35,273 nt of DNA, taken from IMG/VR virus record IMGVR_UViG_3300045988_059116, positions 1-35,273 of that record; one strand, written 5' to 3'. Position numbers and translations under genes: made by a program. Positions 1-10,045 of this stretch are shown here, piece after piece. Every line of letters starts with the position of its first letter. The first letter of the stretch is position 1. This DNA comes from a virus. A model generated the notes under the pieces. It saw nothing but the letters and a program-made list of their open reading frames with translations. It ran no database searches and had not been told where the DNA came from.

Positions 1-55
1 ATTGTTTTCCCCCTTATTCAAAGTAATTTTTGTCATACGCAAACCATAAACCGTA
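1..55. repeat. Terminal direct repeat, copy 1 (identical to 35219-35273)
   Basis: The first 55 nt (attgttttcccccttattcaaagtaatttttgtcatacgcaaaccataaaccgta) recur exactly as the last 55 nt. This implies a circular or circularly assembled 35,218-bp unit. Confidence 0.95.
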
Positions 56-1519
56 GTCAGTCAAACACCACGGCTCTGCGGCAGATGTATATTGATTTTT
101 ACCCTTGTTTTGGATATCCACGACCTTGACTTTTTCGCCAGGCTGCAGGTAGTCCACTACCGCCCCGGATGGCGCCGATGATCTCAACGGGTAGCCTTCA
201 GACGTGCTTGCTTTAATGCACTTAAAGATCATCGTCTGATCTTCTGGAATTGCAGGGTCTTCCGGTTCGGGCTTGATTTCTTTTTTAGGGACAAATACAA
301 GGCAATTTGGTAATGCCCTTTCACTATCTCTTGCCCCGGCAATCACGATTCCTTTTTCAACGATTTCAGCGCTTCCGCCGCTATCATCGCGGAACGCATA
401 CTGCATATTCAAAGACATTGCAAAATCGCGCATTTCGTCCGGTGTGACTGATTCTTTTGATACGACCATATAAGCGACGTTTGACCAGTCCACAAACAAA
501 CAGGAAAGGATCGTCTTCTTTGTCCTAATTCCTGCGCCATCCGGGATTGAATACTCATTTGAATAAGCCCCACCAGCAACCAAGACCATGCCAGTTGAAT
601 AGCGCAGTTCAACTTCATCCGATCTGTACTGATACGGTCCGAAGTTTCCGAATTTCCAAGTGCCGTCTTTCAGTTTAACAACATCGATGTACTTCTGCTC
701 CGTTGGTACAGCTTCGTCGTAAATGTCACTGATCTCACTTCCGCCCACTTGCCCGCGATCTTTTCCATCCATAACAAAATAAGAAAGATTCTTTGCAAAG
801 TTCGGCTTTTCTCCATTGCTCCTGAACGTGGACAGTTTAGCCAACGCCGGATGCTTCAAGCTCCAAATAGCAACGTCTTCATTTTCAGCTTGCTTAACGA
901 CGGTGTAAGTCTTTCCGTTGTATCTTACGGTCTGTTTTCCTTCTTTGATTTCCACTTTTTCATCCTCCTTCCGCGGCATTCTTCGCCACGGATATTTGTC
1001 TTTGTAATCATTTGTTTTGACGATCTGAACGTCATCCGGCACAAACAAAACGTCGTAGATGTGTTGCTTGCCACCGGATGATAACATACTGTAGTTTCCA
1101 TTTCCGACGTTGTACCAATAAGCGCCTTTAAGATGTCCGCGAGCAAATACGGCATGAACGTGCGTAGCAAACTTTCCGTTCACTCCGCTGCCTTTTCCAC
1201 CTTCGCGATAAAAGGCTTCACCTTGTTTAATTACTGCGCCTACATAGCAATTTGACAGCATGTCAGAGTCGTCGCAATGCGCGAAACGGCCACAGACATA
1301 ATCTATAAATGTTGGAGTTTCGACTTTTTCCAGCGACTCAAAAAAGACCGTGTTCGCCGCACGATCTATTTTTTTGATCTTTAAATCAAAGGGAGCATAG
1401 ATTAAATCCTTGCCCCCATCGTGCCCGCCAAAGTCAAGCGCATAAGTGCCCTTGTGCGTTGTGTAGTCTTCCCCGGCCGTACATCGGAGAACTTTCATGA
1501 AAAAAAGTGCTTTTTGCAC
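14..1519 (-). CDS. Multidomain endolysin: N-terminal M23/LytM-like metallopeptidase, central phosphodiester-glycosidase-like (NAGPA/DUF2233-like) domain, C-terminal SH3-like wall-binding domain
   Basis: 501-aa ORF with a GTG start 5 nt after AGGAGGG. His/Asp motifs (THKGTYALDFGGHD and THVH) fit an M23-type fold. The central block IRTKKT...RDDSGGSA resembles the RT...LDGGGS signature. The C-terminal segment YPLRSSAPSGAVVDYLQPGEKVKVVD is SH3-like. There is no signal peptide, and the gene lies at the end of the tail operon. Confidence 0.8.
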   Translation of the reverse strand: MQKALFFMKVLRCTAGEDYTTHKGTYALDFGGHDGGKDLIYAPFDLKIKKIDRAANTVFFESLEKVETPTFIDYVCGRFAHCDDSDMLSNCYVGAVIKQGEAFYREGGKGSGVNGKFATHVHAVFARGHLKGAYWYNVGNGNYSMLSSGGKQHIYDVLFVPDDVQIVKTNDYKDKYPWRRMPRKEDEKVEIKEGKQTVRYNGKTYTVVKQAENEDVAIWSLKHPALAKLSTFRSNGEKPNFAKNLSYFVMDGKDRGQVGGSEISDIYDEAVPTEQKYIDVVKLKDGTWKFGNFGPYQYRSDEVELRYSTGMVLVAGGAYSNEYSIPDGAGIRTKKTILSCLFVDWSNVAYMVVSKESVTPDEMRDFAMSLNMQYAFRDDSGGSAEIVEKGIVIAGARDSERALPNCLVFVPKKEIKPEPEDPAIPEDQTMIFKCIKASTSEGYPLRSSAPSGAVVDYLQPGEKVKVVDIQNKGKNQYTSAAEPWCLTDYGLWFAYDKNYFE

Positions 1520-1537
1520 TTTATCCCTCCTTTTTGT

Positions 1538-2032
1538 TTACGATATCGGTTCAAGCCATTTAACGATACTTAATGTATTTGTTCCGCTGGCATTAGTCGT
1601 ATGGCATCCGTAGTATGTATGTTTTTGAATCTCTGTTATCCCTCCATAAGCCATCTCAAGATCATAAAACAAAGTCATTCCATTACGGGAAGCGCCAACG
1701 ATGTTTCCTTTCCCATAAGCGAATGGTTCGTCGGATAACCCTAAATATACAGGCCAATCAGAAGTTGTATTGGCATGGGTGAGCTTAAGAGTTAACGGGA
1801 TAATTCCATCGGGAATTGCCCCGCTCAATGTTTGATTGTTCGATTGTGAAAGCTTCCCAGTTTCGCCTTTTTTTACTTGATACCCTGGATATTCACCGGC
1901 AGAAATGCCGGCGATTTTTTCAGCATACCGCGTGAAAGGCACATTCGCCATGTCAACACCCTTATCAATCAAGGCTTGTTTGATTCCAGACTTGACTTGA
2001 TTAAGCTGCGTAAGTTGATCTGCTATAGACAC
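1538..2032 (-). CDS. Tail-fibre-associated protein of unknown function
   Basis: 164-aa ORF with a GTG start after GGGGGTG, immediately downstream of the collagen-like fibre gene. The N-terminal motif LTQLNQVKSGIKQALIDKGVDM..FTRYAEKI is of a kind I recall in phage fibre or receptor-binding accessory proteins. Confidence 0.5.
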   Translation of the reverse strand: MSIADQLTQLNQVKSGIKQALIDKGVDMANVPFTRYAEKIAGISAGEYPGYQVKKGETGKLSQSNNQTLSGAIPDGIIPLTLKLTHANTTSDWPVYLGLSDEPFAYGKGNIVGASRNGMTLFYDLEMAYGGITEIQKHTYYGCHTTNASGTNTLSIVKWLEPIS

Positions 2033-2035
2033 AAT

Positions 2036-3280
2036 TTACACCCCCAAAATCGCAGCAAGCGCCGTGCTTATGTCACCGATAGCTGCGGTGATTGCTTTGT
2101 TCTGCACCGGATTCGCACTTGTTTCAGACAAGGCCAAATCAACGAGAACGCCACCCAAAAAAGAGTTGGTTGCTTGTTTAAGATATAAACCATTCTCATC
2201 TATTTCTAATCCTGCGCCTCCAACCTGGTCTCGATTCAATTTAATTCTTAATCCTGCGTTGTCTTGCTCATTAATAATCCCTCCGCGCGGATCGATGGAT
2301 TCAAATTGATAACCAATAAATTTGGTATAAAGCTTCCCATCGTTTCCGATTCCTACGGCTTCGGTCTGTTCTGCGGTTTTGGAAGTACCGATAATTCCAC
2401 CCCGCCTGTTATTGGTTGCAAATTTGATATGAACGCCATTAGCAGATAAGGTTAATCCAGAACTTCCACTCGCCGTTTCCGCGGGTTTAATCCCTAATCC
2501 GGCTTCGGTGTTTTGGAGACCTCCGCTTGCATCGATGGTGACATCCGTTTTCGGCATATCCTGCCATTCAGCGCCGCCATTACCGGTGCTGACGATGATC
2601 TGACCTTGCTGACCTCCCGGTGGAACACCTTCCCCGGCTGGGCCAGCTGGGCCTTGCGGGCCGGCTTCACCTGTGTCACCCTTTGGACCTTGCGGACCGG
2701 TTAAGCCTTGCGGGCCGGTTGCACCCGTTTCTCCCTTCGGACCTTGCGGACCGGTCGGGCCAACATTTCCACGCGGGATGGTAAACTTAAACACCGGTTT
2801 CGTGCCGGTTCCTGTGTTTTCGACTTTGGCTTCTGTTCCTGGCTCGCCGGTCACGGCCGTCGCTGAGATTGTGATCCCCTCGGTAGACAGGTAAGACTGT
2901 ACAAAAGCAGAGACTTGTTGCTGCCAGATTTCTTCTGGCGGAAGTGTTACAAACGAACCCGGCGCACCGACGATAGTCAGATGCAGCGGATGAGTCACGA
3001 TCAGCTCTGTCCCGTTGGTCAGCGCTAAGCTGATGACCATGACCCCGTCCTGCTTGAAGCACTCAGAAGGGATGGTCAGAACGCCATCAAGCACTGCGGT
3101 ACCGGCATTGAGATAGTCCCCAGTCGACGTCGGATATCCAATCTGTGCCGTTACTGAATAATCGGTGTAGCTGCCGTCCTTCTGGACGCCCAGTTGGATA
3201 TTCGCAGAATGCTGAGCCGGAAGAATCCCGATATCGCTACTAAGCGTCAGGCCCTGCTGGGTAATCGTTCCGAATTTCAT
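2036..3280 (-). CDS. Collagen-like tail fibre protein
   Basis: 414-aa ORF with AGGAGG 9 nt before the ATG. It has 16 uninterrupted Gly-X-Y triplets ([48 protein letters not shown]) and lies downstream of Tal. Confidence 0.8.
   Translation of the reverse strand: MKFGTITQQGLTLSSDIGILPAQHSANIQLGVQKDGSYTDYSVTAQIGYPTSTGDYLNAGTAVLDGVLTIPSECFKQDGVMVISLALTNGTELIVTHPLHLTIVGAPGSFVTLPPEEIWQQQVSAFVQSYLSTEGITISATAVTGEPGTEAKVENTGTGTKPVFKFTIPRGNVGPTGPQGPKGETGATGPQGLTGPQGPKGDTGEAGPQGPAGPAGEGVPPGGQQGQIIVSTGNGGAEWQDMPKTDVTIDASGGLQNTEAGLGIKPAETASGSSGLTLSANGVHIKFATNNRRGGIIGTSKTAEQTEAVGIGNDGKLYTKFIGYQFESIDPRGGIINEQDNAGLRIKLNRDQVGGAGLEIDENGLYLKQATNSFLGGVLVDLALSETSANPVQNKAITAAIGDISTALAAILGV
2627..2770 (-). repeat. 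Gly-X-Y collagen triple-helix coding repeat inside the fibre gene
   Basis: Periodic GGN CCN NNN codons cover residues 171-218 of the 414-aa ORF. Confidence 0.9.
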
Positions 3281-3437
3281 CTTTTTTCTCCTCCTTCATT
3301 TTTTCGACTTGGTTCTGCAGCTGGATGTGAACGGTATCAAGAACAAGCTCACAAACCTCCAACGTAAGACCGCTGTCATTGATCGCTTTCACAATATCAA
3401 ACTTTAGCTTTTCGATTCTTTGCTTCAATTCAGTCAT
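3240..3437 (-). CDS. Small coiled-coil protein (hypothetical, tail module)
   Basis: 65-aa ORF with GGGGAGG 8 nt upstream of the ATG. Its 3' end overlaps the fibre gene start by 41 nt. Confidence 0.45.
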   Translation of the reverse strand: MTELKQRIEKLKFDIVKAINDSGLTLEVCELVLDTVHIQLQNQVEKMKEEKKDEIRNDYPAGPDA

Positions 3438-3440
3438 CGT

Positions 3441-5543
3441 TTAAACCTCCCCACACAAGACCATTTCACCATTAATCGACTTCCAAACGCAGCGTCTGGC
3501 AACACCGCCAGAATGGATGACAACATAGTAATTCTGACTAACTAAGTTCAACGAATTATTCCCGAAAACAGTCAGATTCCCACCAGTGTCCGTATATACC
3601 TGCGATGTGCCGCCTGTATTGGAACTGATCGTAAACGTTCCATTTTCTTTGAAATAAATTCCGCATTTTTGATTGCCGTTAGAATCATAATTTGTAATGT
3701 TTAAGAATGTATTTCCGCCATCACATCCCATTACAAAAGAATTAGCTGCATTTTTTGTTCCTGGTACATAGTTCCATAAATTTATATCACTTTTTGATCC
3801 TGCTGTTGAAAGTTGGATCGAATTGACCTCTTTTCCGTCGTCTTTGTTGTCTAAACGGATCGCGTTCCAATCGCCCTGGGAAATCATGTCGATCGCATTA
3901 GCATCTTGATCCTTCGTTGATCTATTCGTCAAATAAAACAGCGAATTATTCGCACTGCGATACATTAATATTTGATTTGCGAGTGTATTTGACGCTCCGC
4001 GATTTTCTGCTCTAAACTCTCCGGATGTATTAAAGTTGATCTTTCCCGATCCTGTGAACTGAATCCCGGCATTGTCTGGCGTAGTATCGGCAAGTACATG
4101 TGTTCCGTCGGGATCACCGAACACGATGGACGGGCCGATGATCTGCGCGTCGTAGGCCTGAAGGCCTTCATTGTCCATCTGAATGACCAGGTTGCCCTCT
4201 GCATCGTACACGTGGCAGACGCCGTCGCCATTTCGGACGCCGCCCAATGTCAGGGTACCGCCCTTGATGACATTGGCCTGCATGGTGCCGGTGGTAATGA
4301 AATCGGCCACGATGCTGCCATCCTGCGTGATGGCTGTCTGGTATGGTCCGTTATAGCCGTTTGAACTGTACCCCAGGCCGCCCTGGTTCCAGCGCCAGAC
4401 CTTGGTGGCTGTGGACATATCCGGGGTGTCCATGATTAGCAGCTCATAAGGCTGTCCGGCGGCGTTTTGGTGAAGGATGACGTATCCGCCATTTGTGCCT
4501 GCGATCCAGCCCGTGGCATTGTTGATGGCATTGTTCATCGTTGCCCAGAAAGCACTGTTTGGATTTTTGATCTCGTTTCTGATCGACTGGACTTGATTCT
4601 GGATCTTCGGCGCGGTCGCCGACAGAGTAACCATGTTCTTTTCAGGGTAGAAAGGATACCGCCAGTACTCTACAACCTGATAAAGGACGCTGATTCCCTT
4701 TACATCGTCGATCAGCCGAATGACAGAAAACAGACTAAAGTCCTGAAATCCGTACAGTTCCGGATTGGTGGCCGCCAGATCGTAAACGGTACATTCATAC
4801 GACCGGGAAGGCACGCCAGCCTCGTTTACAGACGTCTGTGCGTCCTCCAGCAGACTCGCCGGGTCAGTATAGCGATCATCGCTCCAGTACGCGCAGATGA
4901 TCTTGTCGGTGTAGGTGTTACAGTCCACATAGGGCTTTCCGTCGTTAATATCTGCGAAGGTCATGCCATCCTTGCCATAGGCATACAAACGCGTATAGAA
5001 ACCCGAGCTCTTGCCCTTGTAGTTGACCTCCGTCATGTTCAGGTCCCTGGTAGCAAATGCCCCCAGGGACTGGAACTGGCTGAGCCGGTAGGCTGTGACC
5101 CGTTTCCTTTTGACGTCGTATCGGAAGACAACCCCGAACACGTTGGCAGCCTCCGTGATGACCTCCAGCGGCGTGTAGTTGCCCTCGATAGTGCGCCGGA
5201 TCGTACTCAGGCTGGAGTCGACAAACTGCCAGTTGTCAGGCAGAACACCGTCGACAGTCTCTGTTAGCGTTGCGCTATTGTTACTGTAATTGACAAGCAT
5301 GACAGCCTTCAGCTCGTCCAGATCCAACTGGCACTTGACCTTAGCCGTGTCCTTGCCTGCGTCAATCGCCTTGATCAGGTACGGCTGTTCATAGAAGACC
5401 ACCGCTTCTTCGACGACGGCACTGTAGTTCTCGTCGTAGATAGACAGGTTGAAGATCAGCTCATCCAACCCACTGGCCATCTCTTTGATGTAAAAGTCAT
5501 CTGTGTTTAATACCAGACTGCCAAGTCGCAGCAACTCGGCCAC
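3441..5543 (-). CDS. Tail-associated lysin-like / baseplate hub protein (Tal; phage minor structural protein, prophage-tail N-terminal domain)
   Basis: 700-aa ORF directly after Dit. The N-terminus (LVLNTDDFYIKEMASGLDELIFNLSIYDENY) is typical of siphovirus Tal/minor structural proteins. The C-terminal third is Asn/Gly/Ser/Thr-rich and looks beta-helical. The true start may be the TTG at 5534, which is 8 nt after GGAGG. Confidence 0.75.
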   Translation of the reverse strand: MAELLRLGSLVLNTDDFYIKEMASGLDELIFNLSIYDENYSAVVEEAVVFYEQPYLIKAIDAGKDTAKVKCQLDLDELKAVMLVNYSNNSATLTETVDGVLPDNWQFVDSSLSTIRRTIEGNYTPLEVITEAANVFGVVFRYDVKRKRVTAYRLSQFQSLGAFATRDLNMTEVNYKGKSSGFYTRLYAYGKDGMTFADINDGKPYVDCNTYTDKIICAYWSDDRYTDPASLLEDAQTSVNEAGVPSRSYECTVYDLAATNPELYGFQDFSLFSVIRLIDDVKGISVLYQVVEYWRYPFYPEKNMVTLSATAPKIQNQVQSIRNEIKNPNSAFWATMNNAINNATGWIAGTNGGYVILHQNAAGQPYELLIMDTPDMSTATKVWRWNQGGLGYSSNGYNGPYQTAITQDGSIVADFITTGTMQANVIKGGTLTLGGVRNGDGVCHVYDAEGNLVIQMDNEGLQAYDAQIIGPSIVFGDPDGTHVLADTTPDNAGIQFTGSGKINFNTSGEFRAENRGASNTLANQILMYRSANNSLFYLTNRSTKDQDANAIDMISQGDWNAIRLDNKDDGKEVNSIQLSTAGSKSDINLWNYVPGTKNAANSFVMGCDGGNTFLNITNYDSNGNQKCGIYFKENGTFTISSNTGGTSQVYTDTGGNLTVFGNNSLNLVSQNYYVVIHSGGVARRCVWKSINGEMVLCGEV

Positions 5544-5572
5544 CTCCTTCTTTTTCTTCGCTCATTTGTTCG

Positions 5573-6229
5573 TTAAAAGTAGGCAGGGTAGTACTCCACC
5601 GTGAGCGGATCGGCGCAGTCAATCGCATTAAGCCCCGGCGAAAGGGACGGCAAGACCATCCATTCTGCCAGCTCCGCAGCGGGCGCACCGTTGACAAGGA
5701 TCCGCTTGTTGATACCATCCACAACCAGCACCTGCCCGGATGTGACGCTCGGAAAGACCACCGGTCCGATCTGATAGTTTTTTCCCGTCGTGCCGACCGT
5801 GGCCGTCAGGATACAGTCTGTCCAAGGCAGAGTGCTCTCGCAAAAAAGGGTGTTTGCGTGAACTGTTCTCTTGCGACCGTGTCGGACACCGATGAAGACA
5901 TATTCGCTCTCGATCAGGTCCGGGTGAATATAGGTGATCTCGCCAATCTCGGAAAGATAGGCAGTGAACAGTTGGCCGTCGTCCATCTCCATTTCCACTT
6001 TCCCAGAGAATGCCAAGGCCTCGAATCGGTCCTTGTTGACCGTCACCGGCTTTTTATCGAAGACGATCGGGACGACGATCTCTTTGAATCCTGTTGTGTG
6101 GTTCAGCAGAATGAAAGTTGACCGCTTCCGGCCCATAAACGCCGAAGAATCAATTTCGTAGCCGCCGACCGTGTAGTCCATCGTTAAATGAGCCCCAAAA
6201 ACGGCGACGTCTTGTTCGTTTATCTTCAT
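5573..6229 (-). CDS. Distal tail protein (Dit)
   Basis: The ORF sits between the tape measure and Tal. The ATG (MKINEQDV...) overlaps the tape-measure TGA by 1 nt. The ORF-track start at 6271 lies inside the upstream gene. Confidence 0.7.
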   Translation of the reverse strand: MKINEQDVAVFGAHLTMDYTVGGYEIDSSAFMGRKRSTFILLNHTTGFKEIVVPIVFDKKPVTVNKDRFEALAFSGKVEMEMDDGQLFTAYLSEIGEITYIHPDLIESEYVFIGVRHGRKRTVHANTLFCESTLPWTDCILTATVGTTGKNYQIGPVVFPSVTSGQVLVVDGINKRILVNGAPAAELAEWMVLPSLSPGLNAIDCADPLTVEYYPAYF

Positions 6230-8268
6230 CAGTTCATATCCTCCCATGGCAGCTGCTCGCCCATCCACCACGCGGTGGCTCTTGCTACCTCCCGGCCATC
6301 CATCGATAGCGGGACATTGATCTGAATCGGCCGCCGCGGCCCTCCTCCGTAACTGTTGGAATCCAGTGCAGCGACGCCACCGATGCCTCTTACTTTCTGT
6401 GCTTCCTCAGCAGTCAAAACCATCTCGCCCTTATCCAGAAAGGCTGGGAAGAAGTCGCCGGGAACGTAATCAATGCCACCCTTTAAGCGCGGCAAGGTCA
6501 CATGGCCGATGTTCGGGATCGCTGGGATGCCGATCTTTCCGGTCAGTGAGTTGACCCCATTGATCATACCGTTGATCAGGTCAATGGCTCCATTAATGAC
6601 GGATTCGAGGATCGTCGGAACCTGATTGATGATCCCACGGAAGATGTCTTTGATCCCATTCCAAGCGCGATCCCAGTCTCCTGTAAACACTCCAGCAATG
6701 AAATCGATGATCCCGCCAAAGATGGTCTTTAAGTTCTCGGCGATCCCGCCGATCAGGGTGGCTGCTGTTTGGAACACTTGCCCAACCGCGTCGAATGTCG
6801 TTTGCCAGACTGGCATGAGCACCTGCGTTAAAAAGTCGACGACCGGCTGCATGTAAGTGAGGATAACGCCGATAGTCTCGCCGATGACCTGAGCCGCTGC
6901 CCCGAAGATAGTGGCGATCGTTTCGCCCAACATCGTGATGACTGGCGTCAGCGTTTCAGCGATCATGGTGATCAACGGCGTCAGTGCCGCAAGGATCGCG
7001 CCGATTGGCTCCGCCAGGGACGCAACGATAGAAACGATAGGCTCCAGCACCGCCTCCAAGATCGGCAGGACGCCCTCGGCCAGCTCAGAGATAAGCGGAA
7101 TGAACGCTTCACCAAGAGGAATTGCCAGCAGCTCAAACTGTCGGGAAAGTGTTTCCAGCATCGATCCCAGGTCGTCGTAGCGGACGTCTTGAATCTGTTC
7201 CATACCATCAGCAGTCTCGTAAGCGCTGTCCTCAATATCGCCCAGCGCCTGGACTGCTTCGTCGCCCAAATCCTCCCACATGGTCCCAAACAGGTCAACA
7301 CCGGCCTGATTTTTGGTCAACGGATCCTGAAGTTTGTTCAAGGCCGCCATGGTTTCCTGGAAGGCCTGCTTTGCCGTATCACCTCCGGCCGCGAACTTGG
7401 CGGCCATCGCATCGGCGTCCAGCCCCAATAGCTGGAATCCTTCTTTCGTTGAATCTGAACCGTCAACCACTCGAATGGCCAGCTCTTTGACGGCGTCGCC
7501 GATCTTATCCAGGTTAAATGCGCCAGAGTCAGCGCCTGCCTGGAAGATCGCGAACATCTCCTCCGCGCCCAGACCTACCTTGCTAAACTGAACAGAATAT
7601 TCGCTGATATTATCGAGAAGCTCGCCTGAGTAGTCCAGACCATTCTGTGCGCCTGTGGCTATCAGGTTGAAGGCTTTTTCAGAGTCAATTCCGAAGTTGT
7701 CCATCATCGCCTTCGCGGATCTGGTACTTTCGGCGATGTCGTAGCCGAAGACATCAGCCAGGGCGTAGGCGTCCTCCGTGACCTTTTCGAGGGCGGACTG
7801 GTCCATGTCGCCGAGATTCTGTGTGACCTTAGCAATGGAGTTGGCCACGTCCTCGAACGATTCCCCATAGCCGGCCGCATAGACACTTTTCAGAGCTTCC
7901 TCGTACTTGCCCATTTCCTCTGTACTCACGCCAGTTGCGGCCTGCATCTGACCGACGGCGGTGGAGTAGTCGGCCGCTACGTCAATGACCTTGGCCCCCA
8001 GATCGATCACCGCATCAGCGGCGGCGGCCATAGCGTTGCCGATAGCCACCTGCATGGCTCCGGACTTATCGCCAGCACCTTTGAACGATTCGCCCATCTC
8101 ATTTGTGGACTGCTCGACGTCGTCTGCGGCCTTCTGGGCCTGATCCGAAAGAGTATCTCCCAGATCGGTCTTTTTTATATCTTTTTCTGCTTCTTTGATG
8201 TCTTGGGTTAGGCCATCTGTATCTATAGTTGCCTTATAGACGACCTCACCCACTTCGTTGCTTGGCAA
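6229..8268 (-). CDS. Tail tape measure protein
   Basis: 679-aa Ala/Gly-rich, largely helical ORF with hydrophobic glycine-zipper-like stretches (aa ~390-560). It has the canonical position after the two chaperone genes. TTG start 7 nt after AGGAGGTG. Confidence 0.85.
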   Translation of the reverse strand: MPSNEVGEVVYKATIDTDGLTQDIKEAEKDIKKTDLGDTLSDQAQKAADDVEQSTNEMGESFKGAGDKSGAMQVAIGNAMAAAADAVIDLGAKVIDVAADYSTAVGQMQAATGVSTEEMGKYEEALKSVYAAGYGESFEDVANSIAKVTQNLGDMDQSALEKVTEDAYALADVFGYDIAESTRSAKAMMDNFGIDSEKAFNLIATGAQNGLDYSGELLDNISEYSVQFSKVGLGAEEMFAIFQAGADSGAFNLDKIGDAVKELAIRVVDGSDSTKEGFQLLGLDADAMAAKFAAGGDTAKQAFQETMAALNKLQDPLTKNQAGVDLFGTMWEDLGDEAVQALGDIEDSAYETADGMEQIQDVRYDDLGSMLETLSRQFELLAIPLGEAFIPLISELAEGVLPILEAVLEPIVSIVASLAEPIGAILAALTPLITMIAETLTPVITMLGETIATIFGAAAQVIGETIGVILTYMQPVVDFLTQVLMPVWQTTFDAVGQVFQTAATLIGGIAENLKTIFGGIIDFIAGVFTGDWDRAWNGIKDIFRGIINQVPTILESVINGAIDLINGMINGVNSLTGKIGIPAIPNIGHVTLPRLKGGIDYVPGDFFPAFLDKGEMVLTAEEAQKVRGIGGVAALDSNSYGGGPRRPIQINVPLSMDGREVARATAWWMGEQLPWEDMN

Positions 8269-8270
8269 AA

Positions 8271-8861
8271 TTAACCACCTCCTTTTGCCATGAATTGAAG
8301 AGTACGGAAGATCTTCTGCAGGCCGTTCTGCATGCTCTCTTCCTCATCTCCTTCCTCCGGTTTGAGCCGCCATAGGGTCTTCATGCGGATCAGTTGCTGG
8401 ACCTGTTTGGCGTTGTTCTTATTCATAGCCGGGATCGGCTGAGCTCGGACGCTCATGACCTTGCTCAGGCGTGTGTCCTCCGGTAGTGCTGAGAACAGTG
8501 CCACAAACTCGGTGAAGTGCATCTTTCCACGCTCTGCGTGCAGGTCTATCCCGTATGCCTGCCGGAAGGCTGCGTAAATGAGAAAGGCGTCTTGCGTAAA
8601 GCTGAAAAAGGCCTCCTGTACCCTCTTTTCTGAGCTACCCAATTTCTCCATCGTTTCCGTGACGATCGCCGCCGACACATGCAACGGATAACGTTTACCG
8701 GTTAGCAACTCTGCCGCCGTGAACACGTAGTCCTCAATCGTGATCGCCTTGTTTCTCTGCAGATCGATGATCTGGATCACTACGTCAAACGAAGGCCAGA
8801 CCTTCACCCTACAGCCGCCCACCTCAACCTCGTGGAGGTAGTCGGAGTATAGGTCCCTCAT
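8271..8861 (-). CDS. Tail assembly chaperone (Gp15-like)
   Basis: 196-aa ORF immediately upstream of the tape measure, with an ATGA overlap to the preceding chaperone gene. The call rests on position and size. Confidence 0.6.
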   Translation of the reverse strand: MRDLYSDYLHEVEVGGCRVKVWPSFDVVIQIIDLQRNKAITIEDYVFTAAELLTGKRYPLHVSAAIVTETMEKLGSSEKRVQEAFFSFTQDAFLIYAAFRQAYGIDLHAERGKMHFTEFVALFSALPEDTRLSKVMSVRAQPIPAMNKNNAKQVQQLIRMKTLWRLKPEEGDEEESMQNGLQKIFRTLQFMAKGGG

Positions 8862-9256
8862 CGGTTAAGAAAGTGGCGGCGACGCGTCCTTTTTGCAGCT
8901 TCCTTGCTGCTAGCCAAGATCTTCGGGTACAGAACTTCAAGGATAAACGGCATGACGTCCATCACCATTGCCAGCATGTCTTCCTCATAAAAGTGCATCA
9001 GGCTCTGGGTATTGTTTACGCCCAGAACGGTTTCCAACATTCTCAGAGTCGCGTCCCCCAGTTCTTCGGCCAACCGTACGTCATTTGGACTCATTTTCGC
9101 CTTTTTCTGCAGGTCTCTGACTTCTACCAGTTCGACGGATGCCTTTCTGGCAATCACCATTGGGTTGATGATCACGTTGATGACCAACTCGTTTCCCTGG
9201 CTGTCTGTAAACCTCGCTTGCTCCTTGATGGTTTCTGTCTTTTTTACCTCATACAT
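8858..9256 (-). CDS. Tail assembly chaperone (Gp14-like)
   Basis: The ATG at 9256 (MYEVKKTETI...) lies 8 nt after AGGAGG. The ORF-track start at 9304 lies inside the terminator hairpin upstream. The gene sits between the major tail protein and the tape measure. Confidence 0.55.
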   Translation of the reverse strand: MYEVKKTETIKEQARFTDSQGNELVINVIINPMVIARKASVELVEVRDLQKKAKMSPNDVRLAEELGDATLRMLETVLGVNNTQSLMHFYEEDMLAMVMDVMPFILEVLYPKILASSKEAAKRTRRRHFLNR

Positions 9257-9277
9257 AAGTCGTACCTCCTTCAATTC

Positions 9278-9302
9278 AAAAAAAGAGCCCCAACCGGGGC
9301 TC
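9278..9302 (-). terminator. Rho-independent terminator/attenuator after the major tail gene
   Basis: On the minus strand the sequence reads GAGCCCC-GGTT-GGGGCTC followed by T7, starting 2 nt after the major tail stop codon. Confidence 0.7.
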
Positions 9303-9304
9303 AA

Positions 9305-10045
9305 TTATTCTTTTGTTGTGACTGTAGTCTTTCCAGTAGCAACAACGACGCTCGTCGCTGTATTAACCATAGCCACGACGACATTGTCACCGGATGGGAT
9401 TGTATAGTCTCCAGGCACAAAATCGTTCCAGCCGGTCAGCACCTGGCCAACGGTGGCTTCTGGCGCTATTTTGCCGTAAGACCAAACGTATTTACAGCCC
9501 GCGGACGCTTCCGCAGGCGTAACGCTCAGCGCAGTATCACCAGTCGCAGTACCTGCAACACTCTGAACAGTCAGCGTCGTTACTGGCGTGACGGTAGACA
9601 GAGTTGGCTTTCCATTGAATCGCACTTCAAAAGAAATCGGAGAGATGTCAGTAGTTGCGCCGCCGATGTCTGTGACATTTGCGATCGTAACAGGACAGGT
9701 GATCTGCTGAATCGTTCCATCTGCCTGTCCCTGTGACAGTCTAAAGTTAGTATTTCGTTCAGCCATCAGCCCAAATTTGCGGGCTCCGTTGAAAATCCAG
9801 TCCTGAGCTGGGTCGCCGATGATCCGACGACCAGTACAAGTATATGCCGGTGCTTGCCCGGTGACGTAGTTAGTTGCGTAGCCCTTCTGAGCAAAGAAAA
9901 AGTATTGCTGTACAACTTCGTTCAGCGCCTCGGCGATGTTTTCGACTCCTTCGCCAAACGTAGCCCACGTGCGGCTTTCGCCGTTCGGCGTGATGTCAAG
10001 TTCTGCCTGGATCGCATGCGCGACCTGTGCAAAGTTATCAGGCAT
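9305..10045 (-). CDS. Major tail protein with C-terminal beta-sandwich (Ig/FN3-like) decoration domain
   Basis: 246-aa ORF with GAGGAG 9 nt before the ATG. The N-terminal ~145 aa resemble TP901-1/phi13-type major tail proteins. The C-terminal ~95 aa are homologous to the C-terminus of the major capsid protein in this window. Confidence 0.8.
   Translation of the reverse strand: MPDNFAQVAHAIQAELDITPNGESRTWATFGEGVENIAEALNEVVQQYFFFAQKGYATNYVTGQAPAYTCTGRRIIGDPAQDWIFNGARKFGLMAERNTNFRLSQGQADGTIQQITCPVTIANVTDIGGATTDISPISFEVRFNGKPTLSTVTPVTTLTVQSVAGTATGDTALSVTPAEASAGCKYVWSYGKIAPEATVGQVLTGWNDFVPGDYTIPSGDNVVVAMVNTATSVVVATGKTTVTTKE

Noticed and set aside
4467-5267. Long plus-strand ORFs antisense to structural genes (for example 4467-5267, 8873-9736, 12405-13112, 13249-13902, 28765-29226)
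   Set aside because: They lie entirely inside well-supported minus-strand genes. They lack SD sequences and encode Arg/Pro/His-rich low-complexity sequence typical of shadow frames in GC-richer DNA.
8888-8896. Programmed -1 frameshift (lambda G/GT type) at GCAAAAAGG near the end of the first tail chaperone gene
   Set aside because: The run is not a proper X XXY YYZ heptamer in the zero frame. The -1 frame also hits TAA after about 9 codons, so no fusion to the Gp15-like ORF can be made. The two genes are instead joined by an ATGA overlap.
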